Positions 1-14,659 of a DNA stretch of 64,000 bases are shown piece by piece. The translations under genes were made by a program, and so were the position numbers. Origin of the DNA: Macrostomum lignano (taxonomy: Eukaryota); the NCBI GenBank assembly GCA_002269645.1, contig NIVC01000445.1:434001-498000 (forward strand), written 5' to 3'. Position 1 is the stretch's first letter; every line of letters starts with the position of its first letter. Under the pieces are notes generated by a model. It was given only the letters and a program-made list of their open reading frames with translations. It searched no databases and was not told the origin of the DNA.

Positions 1-440
1 TAACTGGGGAGTGAATGGGGCAGATAACTAGGGTGAATGGGCGGATAACTGGGGAGTGAATAGGGCGGATAACTGGTGACTGAATGGGGCGGATAACTGG
101 CGAGTGAATGGGGCAGATAACTGGGGTGAATGGGCGGATAACTGGGGAGTGAATGGGGCAGATAACTGGGGAGTGAATGGGGCAGATAACTGGAGACTGA
201 ATAGGGCGGATAACTGGGGAGTGAATGGGGCAGATAACTGGGGACCGAATGGCGCGGATAACTGGGGGTAAAGGGGGCGGAAAACTGGGGGGTGAAGGGG
301 GCGGAAAACTGGGGGTTGAAGGGGGCGGAAAACTGGGGGTGAAGGGGCGGAAAACTGGGGTGAAGGGGCGGAAACTGGGGGTGAAGGGGCGGAAAACTGG
401 GGGTGAAGGGGGCGGAAACTGGGGGTGAAGGGGGCGGAAA
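1..440. repeat. G-rich minisatellite (~24-bp GATAACTGGGGAGTGAATGGGGCA grading into ~22-bp GGGGCGGAAAACTGGGGGTGAA) in an ARMC6 intron
   Basis: Directly visible tandem units; the 225..428 ORF is its translation. Confidence 0.9.
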
Positions 441-488
441 ACTGGAGGACTCAAAAGCTGGAGGGCTACCAGCTGCAGTAGAACTCAC

Positions 489-3146
489 TTGGTAGCCACA
501 TCCAGCAGCACGGGCAGGTGCTCAGCGGCCGCCCGTTTAACGTGATCGTTGCGGGCCAGATTGCGCAATAATCCCATGCCGGAGGCGGCCAGCTGAGGCT
601 CCTGGCTGTGCGCGTAAATTGCGCCAACAATGAAATCGCAGGCGCCCAGTTCTAAAGCTCGCTGACAGAATTCGTCGCGCACGGCCAGACAGGCTAAGGT
701 GTCAAACACTCGGGCCACTGTGCGGGCCGACTCTGGCCGATTGTAGCGGCGGCACAGGCGCAGTAGTAGGGCGAGAGCCGGGGTCTCCGACATCACTTGG
801 CGAGCTCGTTCGTGAGCCTGGCCAGAGCATTGGTTAGTGGTATAAGTTTACCCATTGGATCACTGAACCCTAACCAATGATCACTGAGCCCTAACCAATG
901 ATCACTGAGCCCTAACCAATGATCACTGAGCCCTAACCAATGATCACTGAGCCCTAACCAATGATCACTGAGCCCTAACCAATGATCACTGAGCCCTAAC
1001 CAATGATCACTGAGCCCTAACCAATGATCACTGAGCCCTAACCAATGATCACTGAGCCCTAACCAATGATCACTGATCCCCACTCAATAATCACGCAGAC
1101 CTACTCAATAATCACACAAAACTACTCAATAATCACACAAACCTACTCAATAATCACACAAAACTACTCAATAATCACACAAAACTACTCAATAATCACA
1201 CAAACCTACTCAATAATCACACAAACCTACTCAATAATCACACAAAACTACTCAATAATCACACAAACCTACTCAATAATCACACAAAACTACTCAATAA
1301 TCACACAAACCTACTCAATAATCAAACAAACCTACTCAATAATCACACAAACCTACTCAATAATCACACAAACCTACTCAATAATCACACAAACCTACTC
1401 AATAATCACACAAAACTACTCAATAATCACACAAACCTACTCAATAATCACACAAACCTACTCAATAATCACACAAACCTACTCAATAATCACACAAAAC
1501 TACTCAATAATCACACAAACCTACTCAATAATCACACAAAACTACTCAATAATCACACAAACCTACTCAATAATCAAACAAGCCTACTCAATAATCACAT
1601 CAACCTACTCAATAATCACATCAACCTACTCAATAATCACATCAACCTACTCAATAATCACATCAACCTACTCAATAATCACACAAACCTACTCAATAAT
1701 CACACAAAACTACTCAATAATCACACAAAACTACTCAATAATCACACAAACCTACTCAATAATCACACAAACCTACTCAATAATCACACAAAACTACTCA
1801 ATAATCACACAAACCTACTCAATAATCACACAAACCTACTCAATAATCACACAAACCTACTCAATAATCACACAAAACTACTCAATAATCACACAAACCT
1901 ACTCAATAATCACACAAAACTACTCAATAATCACACAAACCTACTCAATAATCAAACAAGCCTACTCAATAATCACATCAACCTACTCAATAATCACATC
2001 AACCTACTCAATAATCACATCAACCTACTCAATAATCACATCAACCTACTCAATAATCACACAAACCTACTCAATAATCACATCAACCTACTCAATAATC
2101 ACATAAACCTACTCAATAATCACACAAAACTACTCAATAATCACACAAAACTACTCAATAATCACACAAACCTACTCAATAATCACACAAAACTACTCAA
2201 ATATCACAAAACCTACTCAATAATCACACAAACCTACTAAAAAATCTACACAGTGCTCAAGAGCTTGCATTACCAAACAGGCACTCCCAGTTAGGAGCTC
2301 CCAAGATAGCTGATATCACGGACATCCCATACTCACCTGGCCAACAACCGCCCGAACATCATCGTCCAGAGTGAGCAGGCGAAACAGCCGACAGGCCTGA
2401 CAGATCAAAGCTTCCCTTCCTGGCTGAGTTCTCATCAGTCGAGCCAGCATTGGCACCAGGCCGTTGAGCACCAACAGCTGACGGTTGGCCTCGTTCAGCA
2501 CGCACGAGCTGCCAAGGACGCCTAGCAGGGCGGTGAGCTCAGCAGCCGATTCAGGCGTGCCTTCGTCAGCCGCCTCCTCCTCTTCGGCTTCAACACACGC
2601 ATCGCCAGTCTCGGCCACAGCATTTTCCGCTACTACTACTTCTCCATCAGCAGTAGTATCAGCCACTCCAGCCAATAGCTTAGCCCTAGCCAGCAGGCCG
2701 ATCAGCTGATCAGAATTCAGCGCATCCGATTGCTGTTTCAATAGGCGTCGGAGACAGCGCAGCGCGGCGCAGGCTACGGAGGAATCCGACGGCTCAGAAG
2801 CCAGGCTCAGCAGTGCGGGCGCGACGCGAAGCTGGGCAGCCAGAACCCGATGAGGCAAGCCAGCAGCTAGCTGATGGGACAGCTCGCCAATCTGGCTGAG
2901 TAGCTGGTCCTTGGTTTGAGTAGCCACAGAGTCAGCTGACAACACGACAGCGTTAACAGCCAGCACAAGAGGATGCCGACCCTCCGGATAAAGCGGCAAG
3001 TCTCGCACTATCAAACCAATAGAAGCTTTCTGAGCCTCCAGCTGTTTAACAGCATCTTCGATTGCTTCATCTGGCGGCATGTCGAATTCGTCAATATTCT
3101 CGCGTACCAGACTGTTGTAGGTGTCCTGCGACACTGGCCGGGACAT
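489..3146 (-). CDS. ARMC6: Armadillo repeat-containing protein 6 (3' part continues beyond window start)
   Basis: Exon 3146-2337 (MSRPVSQDTYNSLVRENIDEFDMPPDEAIEDAVKQLEAQ...DDDVRAVVGQ, donor GTGAGT) splices in phase 0 to exon 817-489 (CAG acceptor; AHERARQV...LAVRDEFCQ...LRNLARNDHVK, donor GTGAGT). Motifs match ARMC6 as I recall it (QETFDAAVRENIEEF; DDDIR..GHAH; LAIRNEFCQ; AGNDDVK). Confidence 0.9.
870..1078. repeat. 21-bp minisatellite (AATGATCACTGAGCCCTAACC), intronic
   Basis: About 10 near-perfect tandem units. Confidence 0.95.
1079..2238. repeat. 21-bp minisatellite (AATAATCACACAAACCTACTC), intronic
   Basis: About 55 tandem units with recurrent variant blocks. Confidence 0.95.
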
Positions 3147-3331
3147 TTCAAGCTGATTTTGAGCTGCAATAAATCCAATAGATAGTCATAATAAGCTTAC
3201 AATACTACTGAAATTAAAGTAGCATAAAAACTGGAATCACAAACCTGTACAGTAGACGAGAGTAATGCTACTTTCAGTAGCAAAACTAGCGTTTTAATGA
3301 TTTTTTAAGTCAACTGAAAATCGAGAAGGAA

Positions 3332-4385
3332 ACTACACAAGTCACCCAAAACTACACAAGAGTCACCCCAAACTACACAAGAGTCACCCGAAACTACACA
3401 AGAGTCACTCAAAACTACACAAGTCACCCAAAACTACACAAGAGTCACCCGAAACTACACAAGAGTCACCCGAAGCTACACAAGAGTCATCCGAAACTAC
3501 ACAAGTCACTCGAAACTACACAAGAGTCACCTGAAGCTACACAAGAGTCACCCGAAACTACACAAGAGTCACCTGAAGCTACACAAGAGTCACCCGAAGC
3601 TACACAAGAGTCACCCGAAGCTACACAAGAGTCCCCCGAAACTACACAAGAGTCACCCGAAACTACACAAGAGTCACCTGAAGCTACACAAAAGTCAGCC
3701 GAAGCTACACAAGAGTCACCCGAAGCTACACAAGAGTCACCCGAAACTACACAAGAGTCACCCGAAACTACACAAGAGTCACCCGAAACTACACAAGAGT
3801 CACCCGAAACTACACAAGAGTCACATGAAACTACACAAAAGTCAGCCGAAACTACACAAGAGTCCCCCGAAACTACACACGAGTCACCTGAAACTACACA
3901 AGAGTCACCTGAAACTACACAAGAGTCACATGAAACTACACAAAAGTCAGCCGAAACTACACAAGAGTCACCCGAAACTACACAAGAGTTACCCGAAACT
4001 ACACAAGAGTCCCCCGAAACTACACACGAGTCACCTGAAACTACACAAGAGTCACCTGAAACTACACAAGAGTCACCTGAAACTACACAAGAGTCACCTG
4101 AAACTACACAAGAGTCACCTGAAACTACACACGAGTCACCTGAAACTACAAAAGAGTCACCTGAAACTACACACGAGTCACCTGAAACTACAAAAGAGTC
4201 ACCTGAAACTACACACGAGTCACCTGAAACTACAAAAGAGTCACCTGAAACTACAAAAGAGTCACCTGAAACTACAAAAGAGTCACCTGAAACTACACAC
4301 GAGTCACCTGAAACTACAAAAGAGTCACCTGAAACTACAAAAGAGTCACCTGAAACTACAAAAGAGTCACCTGAATCTACACAAG
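3332..4385. repeat. 21-bp minisatellite (AAGAGTCACCTGAAACTACAC)
   Basis: About 50 tandem units upstream of the ARMC6 ATG. Confidence 0.95.
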
Positions 4386-5120
4386 ACACTTAAAGACACA
4401 CTACACAAGAAAACCTACTCAATAGCCACCCTTCATGTCAGACTCCTGACCAATTCTAAGGCTAAAAATAAAAAAATGAAAGCAGAAAAATTAGAACAGT
4501 TAATCAGGTAACAGAGAAATGCATGGCAAGAGCATTTATTAACGCATATACAAAGTGTAAACTGACAGCTGGAAAACAGACAGTTCTTTTATTTCTTGAA
4601 AACTTGCATGCATTAAATCCAATTCAAATAGACGCCAGCATTGACGCATATTAGAAACTAGACCTATCGCTTGGCACAAATTTGAATTACCGGTAAATAA
4701 AATGGATTTGACTGACTGTCAATACTCGTAGATATCTTACCACCTTTGTTATAAACGAGCCGTAATTAAACGTTAATTACCAATAAACCACTCAACTTGA
4801 TAAGCATTCAAAGCGAGGATTTAGTCTAAGGTGGAAAGTATCTGGGAATAAAGGTGGAAATCAAATTCAATAGCTGATGCAGATACGCACTTTAGTCGCA
4901 ACTCAGTGCTTCTACAGATACGACTTTACAGTTCCAAAGTGGTTTCAAATTTTTAGACAATAAAACGCCCCAAATTGACACTTAGGCGACTCTTTGACGA
5001 CTTTTTGGCAACTTGTACGGCGACATCTTGTTTTATAATAAAGTCGTCTAAAGTCAAAACGACGCAAGTGACAATGGGACGCTTCTTAGCCTAGGTAACG
5101 TTCTCATCGGGCAGAATGGG

Positions 5121-5175
5121 GCAATGTCGCTTAAAGTGCACCAGGGTGCACACAACCCCTTACCTCTAATAAACA
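5121..5175 (+). mobile_element. 3' tail fragment of SINE family A
   Basis: CAATGTCGCTTAAAGTGCACCAGGGTGCACACA..CCTCTAATAAA matches the tails of the copies at 33460 and 53754. Confidence 0.75.
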
Positions 5176-5233
5176 ATTCGAGCTTATAAAAGATCCCCAG
5201 CAGCAGAGATAAAAGCAGTTCCAAAACTGAAAT

Positions 5234-5776
5234 TCAGCCTTCCGGCCGGAATTTGCGCTGCTCAGCGATGGCCCGCAGCTTCTCGGCGAAGCTGGCCCGC
5301 AGCGCGCCCAGCCGGTTTCGCTGCTCCTCCGCTCGCGTCGCTTTTGGCGCTTTGGCGCCGCCCAGAGCCAATTGCAACTCGGCTGCGGCGAGCTTCTCGC
5401 GCCTACGCTGGCGCTCTAATTGGCGCCTGGCGCGCGATTGACCCCGGCCAAACACCAGCGCTCTGGCGGCGTCCTCTGTCTCTGCAGCCGGCGTGTCCTC
5501 GGGTTTAGCCTTAGTCCCTTCAGCTTGAGCCTCAGCAGCATCAGGCTTGGCCGTTGAGCCACTTTTCTTATAACTGACTGTCACCCAGCCGTCAGAGTCT
5601 GGCAGTCGGGACTGGCGTCGCTCCTCTTTGTCAGCCGCTTCGTAATACCTGGCTAACAGCAGCTGGCAGTCCTGCAGCACAGAGTCCTCCTGCTGTCTGG
5701 GCACCAGCTGCAGCGTGTCCCTAATGTACTCTTGGCGCATTGATTCAATTTGCTGTATAGCGTTTGCAGACTGCAT
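5234..5776 (-). CDS. RRP7A: RRP7-like ribosome biogenesis protein, C-terminal domain only (180 aa)
   Basis: PDSDGWVTVS matches the RRP7 PDEDGWVTV motif; the C-terminus ...EQRKFRPEG matches ...RKFRPY. Single ORF with an in-frame TAG two codons upstream of the ATG. Confidence 0.75.
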   Translation of the reverse strand: MQSANAIQQIESMRQEYIRDTLQLVPRQQEDSVLQDCQLLLARYYEAADKEERRQSRLPDSDGWVTVSYKKSGSTAKPDAAEAQAEGTKAKPEDTPAAETEDAARALVFGRGQSRARRQLERQRRREKLAAAELQLALGGAKAPKATRAEEQRNRLGALRASFAEKLRAIAEQRKFRPEG

Positions 5777-8700
5777 CGCCTAGTCTAGTCATGAAATATT
5801 TGTTGTTCCGATTTAGATTGATCAAATCTGTAAGAACTCTTCAGGCAATGTACATGAAAAAAAAGACACATTAATATGAGTTCTGTGGAAAGTAGACTGG
5901 AACCCTAAAACCCATGGTGCAACCAGGGAGGGGACCTGCCCCCACTTTGATACAGACCCAGAAAAAATGCAAGTGGGACCAAAATACAGGCCTAATCCTC
6001 TGCCCTCCCTTTAGGTCTTCACACTTTGGATCTGCCCCCTCTTTCTTTACTAAATTTCTAGTTGTCTGTTGGCAAATTATTTATTTGTTTTCTGGCAGAC
6101 AAATAGGTTGCAATGTGAGTCCCAGTTGATATAGAAATAAGGCAGTCAGATTCAACTATTACCAGATAATATTGCATCATATATTCACATAGAACTAAGT
6201 GAAATCAAACAAACCTAATTTACTTATTTAAATAGAAGTTGCATAAATGGCATATTATAGCTTTGCAATACTTTTATTACTTTTTGTATATACACGATAT
6301 AATAAATAACATATTAATATAGATTGTAAAGCATAAACTTTTTAGAATTTTCTTAATTATGTATTGTTTTTTATAATTATATAATTAAAAAATAGAATAA
6401 TTATCAATATATAACAATATTCTATTCTCTAAATAATATAGCTATTCAAAAGTAAAATATATTTATTTCTATATAAGGCTTACTTACCTCTTTTTGTATT
6501 TGTATTTGTATTCTATTTATATTTTACTGTACTTTTTACTGTATATATTTATAATTTAAAGTTTGCATAACTGGTTTATAACATACTCTTTGTTTTATTT
6601 CTCAATATTAACTAATATACATGTATAATAAATTGTCGCATCATCAGATTTGTCATAAGGGTTTGCTACTCTGATTTATATAGATTCCATATAAGCATGG
6701 TCGTAACATGACAGGTTATTTTTACTTATAAAATGAAATCTAATAATAGAATATACTAAACCAATATTTTAAATGAAAGATTATTTTGTCTAGAATATAT
6801 TTATAGAGTTTCATATAGATATCATCATTAGTATAGATGCTATTAAACCTTAAATGACACTTATGGTCGTAATGACAGGATTTTTGACATATAGAAACTA
6901 AAAGGTAAAAGTCTTATAACATTTTTCATTTTTGATATTTTGCAATACATTTTTAAAATTTGACTAAGAACATCTTTAGAAATCATACTCTTTTATTAGA
7001 ATATATAAACTCAAAAGGCAACAAAGATACCAAAAGAAAAGGCAGCCTTATGGTCGTAACATTATGGTTGTAACATATTTTTTTCTGTCAATTCAGTAAC
7101 TTTGAGGTACTAATACATTAAAAATATAATAGATTATTTGGTCACCAATGCTTTTATCTGATGATGCAAGTACTATACTTTTATCTATAGTTTGTTTCAA
7201 CCTTCAAAAGCTTTCTATTTGTTTTTAAAAGGTACAAAATCTTAATGATGTCTTTTGCTTCGAAAAATGTCCAAATTTTTACAAAAATGACTTTTTGCCA
7301 ATTGATAACATACTAATCCAACATTTTACCATTCCTTTATTCTTAGATTGTATATATTGCACAATATAAACATTTGGTAAAAAAATAGGCTAATTAGGCA
7401 ATGGCAAGCAAAAATATTGACTTTTTTCTATTTTCCAAATATGTCCATCTTATATGGAATGAGCCTTTAGTACCTATTGATTGAAAATTCAAATTATGGC
7501 CTTTGGCAATTCTTTTTATTATATATACAAAGTTTGAATTATAAGAGCTCTATATCTATTATATTAGGTATTTCTAAGATTTACATAGGCTAGCATAACT
7601 AGTTAGTTTTTTACAAAACTATATCAATGTTTAATATTTTTAATTTTAATTTTTAAGTTTAATATATTTTGTGTTTTGTTATTTTAAACTAACTAGCCTA
7701 ATGCAATAAACTCACTAAAGTCTCTAGGGCCAATAACAAACAAAACATGATATTTATATATAACAATACCTGAAAATTCTATACCCTAAATCAGCTAAGT
7801 GTATGCCAAGATTCTAGGCCTATGGTATTCTAAGTGAAGGGCTAAAAACATAATTTTTGGCATAAAAGCCACCTTATAGTTTGGACTAGGCCTAGGCCTA
7901 TAGATGGCCTAGTGGCCTTAGCCATGCCCATGGCATAGGAGATTTATATGTAGGGTATAAAACACTTTATATAAACATATCTATTTTGAGTATAACTTAT
8001 AAGATTTCTTGAGTTTGACTGTTTGAAGAGTGTTTTAACAATGCCATTTCATTACTTATGATGTCATTCAGCAATAGGGCCTACTTTATAGACCTATTCA
8101 TATTTCAAAATTATAATCCATAATAAATTACTAGATGCAAGTTGTCTTGTCATTTTAGATAATATTAGGCCTACTGGTGGTGTGGTCTATATATGTAGGT
8201 CGATTTTTAAACAATACAGACAGTGAGACAATATATGTCTGACAATACAATATGACACTTAACTTTACAATTACATAAAAGTAAGCCATTGTGTCGGTAG
8301 GGGGTACAATAGCGAAAATTAGTAGGCCTAATCGAACAAGAAATAATAGCTAATAGGGGCTAACTAAGTGATAAAGCTTTGCAAAAAATGCGTTTAGAGA
8401 TTTCTAAAATTACTTGCAAAAGCCAAGCTATCACTATTATTTGTGGTGCTTGTTACTTATTGTTCAAGTTTTAAACAGTACAACTACTGTAAAATTAAAA
8501 AATGATGCCAGTCAACTTGTCAACAAGTTCGTGCGTGCGCGCAACGGAATTTCCAAAAAATGACCATTTGAAAATGCTGTCAATGCTGTTAAGTGCTGTC
8601 AAACAATTTTAATTTGAAAAACATTGAAAAGCTAATCTCCGCAGCGTATTCTTCAGTGAAAACCAGCAGCCCCTTAATTTTTTTGAAAGAAAAGTAGTTT

Positions 8701-10842
8701 CCCGTTCTTCTACTTAAGTATACTCCTTTGGGAACACTATCGGAGTTAAAGTCTAACCTCCTAGTGATCCTCGCACTTTTACAGTAGGTCGTCAGATTAT
8801 CTTGCAACAACTGGTTGCGAATAGGGTACGCCTTAAATGAGGACCAAACCACAAATATAATGCCTGGTGAGAAAAAATTCAAGAAATTAAAAAGCTGTAT
8901 TCGTACATGTATAAGGAGTTGGTCAAATTTGATGCCTACGTTACATGTACGTGCGTTTGAAACTGGTGAATGTACACATTGCAATGTACAGGTATAACGT
9001 ACAATAATACCGACAGGTATATTAATGTATATGCCATGGAAAAGTTTGTAGGATTGTGCAAGCTAGTTTATAGTAAATAAATAGATGGGTTTCGACCTTT
9101 CGGCCCCCTTGTGGGGAAGCCTTCGGGCCTCAGGTCTCAGAAATAAATCAATTAGAGACCTGGCCCCCCACTCCTGTCAGATGGTCAGCCCCATGGTAGC
9201 TTGATCGTGTGGCGAGCAGTCTAGGTCCTATAGCTAAGAGAGGGACAGCGAGAGACGAGCAGGGAGAATTTTGAAAGTAGAAATTAGCCAATCCGCAGAT
9301 CAACTAACTTGCTGCCACCAGCCCGTGCGCCCTGGCTCACCACACCGGGACTCTCGAAATCGGGCTTCCGACTAGAAGGGGCTTTGCACTTACCTGCCAA
9401 CTAGTGTCTTTTTGCTGTCTATCTCGAAGTCATAGCCGATGATATAAGGGACACTGCTGGGACTAGATCGCATTGGCCATGCAGCAGCTGTACAGAGGGG
9501 ACTTGTGCAGGGGATTCTTGCAGTGGCGAGTCTATGGGGTAGCTACATGTACTATTACATTGCTAAATACGAAGATATGTACTTTTGGCCTTCAACGCGC
9601 CAACTAGCCTCTCATAGCGCTGATGATAGACTAACTTGAACTTCAGAGACCGCATGATTCTTTACCCGAGCCGCTTGGCTAACCTAGAGTGCACAAAGTA
9701 CATCTCTGGCGCCGATTCTGCACTTCTGGCAGTTTTGCTCACTGATTTGGTAGTTTGATCGACTGAGAACTGCCTTGCCATTGGTCCACTGTGACCGGCG
9801 CCTACTAGCTTAGCTACTCATCTGAGCCATCGGCGAACAAAGAAATAAAACCGATAAAAATAACTGTTAGATTTAACCTTCTCCTTAGATCACTTCACAC
9901 TTCAGATTGAATTGGAGTTTAGACTACTAGCAGTATTATTGAATGACTTCTGCCTCAGCAACAGCACTACTGAACAAAATGAGCAAAAGTGTGCGCCTAA
10001 TCCAGCTACTGAAACAGGGGGCAGATAAGGGATCATCCAATCAAGCAAGTCTAGGTAGCCTCTCACCCATGCAACCAATCAGAAACTCAACAGCCGGAGA
10101 CCAGGTAATCCACAGTGACCGAAAAATGCCCATTGCCCACTGTTATAGTAGGCCAATAAGTGTAGAGCCCATGTGCTAGCGCGGGATTTGGAAAAAAGTG
10201 CGTCCTCATAAAAATTATTATATCTTTATAAATGTTAGGAACTAAATAACAATCTGGAATCTGGATCTGTGCGCGTGTCCATGGCTCAATAGAAATTGAT
10301 ACACTCTTACAGTAGCTTCGTACGTGTCTCCTAGCTCTTTTGCTGCCGTTCAACTGACAACTGTCAATCACAACTTTCTTAAACATGCGGCCCTTGGTTA
10401 ATTTAATTAAGTTGCAAGTACAGTACATGCCGCGTATTCAGTACTCATAGAATCCCATCTTCTACAATTGACTGTACGTAAAAACACTCATTAATTAAGC
10501 TTCCGCATCCACAGGTTGGGATTTTTTCAATTAAACGAAAAACAAAAACACAGAAAGGAAAAAAAAGTAATCGAATGTGCATGTGTACTTATTAATTAAA
10601 CCTCTGGTGGGAGAAACAAAATTCAAATTATTTAAGACGATGAAGCAACAGGACTAAATAGGGATGAATCCGAGAGAGGCAGCTGACTAAACAGACCTCG
10701 GCCGAGCATCATCACCGCACAGCGCGCAATGTCCTGTACGAAGCCTATAAGTGTGCGTGCATGGTGATTCTATGAAGCGACCGTTGTTATTGAAGGCCGC
10801 AAACGCAAATTACTCGTATGAATTTGTGATGCAGCTGCTTGA

Positions 10843-12387
<1,545 letters not shown>

Positions 12388-14284
12388 TCACTATTGGCGC
12401 AGGTATTTGGCGATATTTTGCCAGACTGATGAGGCCAGAATAAATTTTTCCTGCTATTAGGGAACCTGCTCAGACAATATGACCAGCTTTTCTGTTCGGC
12501 GGGATTCGTTGATGATTTTATTCTGTGCAAATTTTCCCACTTTTATGCTAAGTCTTCGAGACTGGTCCTGCGTACCGTGTCTCTATCTAACCCGCTAATT
12601 CTTTCGCTTAAAACTGGCTCGCTTGTGTTGCGTCTTTCGTCTGTCTGCGTTGCTTTTTTCTTCTCTAGACTATCACCTCTTTGATGCAGTGCGGCAGAGT
12701 TGGGCACAATGAAAAAGATAGAGATAAGAGCGAAAGATGGAGTCGAAAAAATGAGCTACAATATCGAAAGAATAGGCTGGCAGGAACGAAGTTTCTGAGA
12801 GGCCAAACTATAACGAGGCAGTGGCAACTTGAACCGCCCCAAGCCTTTCCCGCTGTCACCGTTCTTAGCTAGCTGGCATGGCTGAACGGCAAGGTACTGT
12901 AGCACTCGCTGGTGTGGAGTCCGTACGACTCTAGCAGCAGTTTACTCTGCTTGCCCATTTTCTGACCCATCCCAGCTTCATTCTTCATTATATACATATA
13001 TATAGCTCCAATATGCTGTATGCAAAACACTGTTGGGACATCGCCAATTCAAGAAAGATAAATGAGCAGAGAAGCTGAGCTGGAATTTGTCTCTCGCTTT
13101 GCCAACTGTAGACAATTATAGCGAACTGCAAAGGGAGCTTGGATAGACAGCTTGCATCGGAATACAGTCAATTATAGTGGCTTTTTTACTCGAGTGGCCA
13201 GCTCGTTGTGTACGCACTGACATCGTTGGGTTGAAGCCGATGCCATTGGTGCTAAGCATGCCACGAAGACTGCAATGTACTGGTACTACACGAATGGCTA
13301 AAGGGCTGCTAGCTGGTCAACAAAAGCTATGGAAAAATTAATCGATACAAGGAGTCATGGCCCCCAAACGGCCTGCTATTAAAACTTTTAAAGCCTAAAG
13401 AAAGGCGATAGTAGAGAAGATACGCAAGTCAAAGGACCTTTTGTTTAGCCAGTTCATCTCGGTGCTAATAACAATGCTAAGAAGGTTGTGGAAGAATGTG
13501 TGCTTTTAAAACAAATTTACAAGCTTGTGCAAAGCGTTGGGGCTTTGTAAACATAGACGCTACATGTATTATGAAACAAAAGGCTTGCACTACGCGAACT
13601 TGTAACCACTCTCTTGCAGCTTGTAGGAACTTACATTTACATGTAGTAGCTTTTGTTAAAATTTATGAAACAAAAATCATGCAAACTTTTCGCACGTCGC
13701 ACCTGTGTGGCCACAAATACAAGTCCTATAATACGAAACACCCCCGCATCTATGACCTGCATGAGCTTCTGTTTTGGAATGGCGATTATGAAATTAAATT
13801 TAATTAGAATAGGAGTAGATCAGGAAGATACTATAAGCAAAGTTTAAGACAGAAAAAGATACGCTGAATGCATCTTTTTAGTTTAAAAAATAAAGCTTGA
13901 GGTATCGCATGCACTTTAAATGAGTGAGCTATCTAAATTATAGCTGACCATAAAAAATACAATTACTGTCAGCCTTGAAGAGAATCTAATTAAGAGAGAG
14001 TCTCCTTCCGAACTGTTAAATTTGCTGCAGCTGGCAACTCCGCACAAGCTATATTCTTCAAAACTTGATATTCAAAACCTGCGTCGCATATACCCAATCA
14101 CTCACAGCCAGCATGAGTGGCTCACCTGTCTACACCCTAATTTGCCGTTAGAGCTCCCTCGAGGCATTAGAATGAGTGGCGAGCCGACTGCAATATTTAT
14201 TGTGACACCCACCTGAGCAGTGTATTTTTAGAGGCCCTAACGCTAACCTACTAAGCAACCCTGGCTGACTGACTGGCTGACTAA

Positions 14285-14659
<375 letters not shown>

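Noticed and set aside
870-1078. Telomere-like CCCTAACC in the 21-bp unit
   Set aside because: One hexamer per unit, not a tandem (TTAGGG)n tract.
793-4511. Repetitive ORFs 793..1083, 1066..2106, 3487..4389 and 3825..4511
   Set aside because: Stop-free frames of 21-bp arrays lying in an ARMC6 intron or upstream DNA.
8589-8997. 131-aa and 60-aa ORFs between RRP7 and G-alpha-s
   Set aside because: No recognisable motif, splice context or coding bias; cannot be supported without a search.
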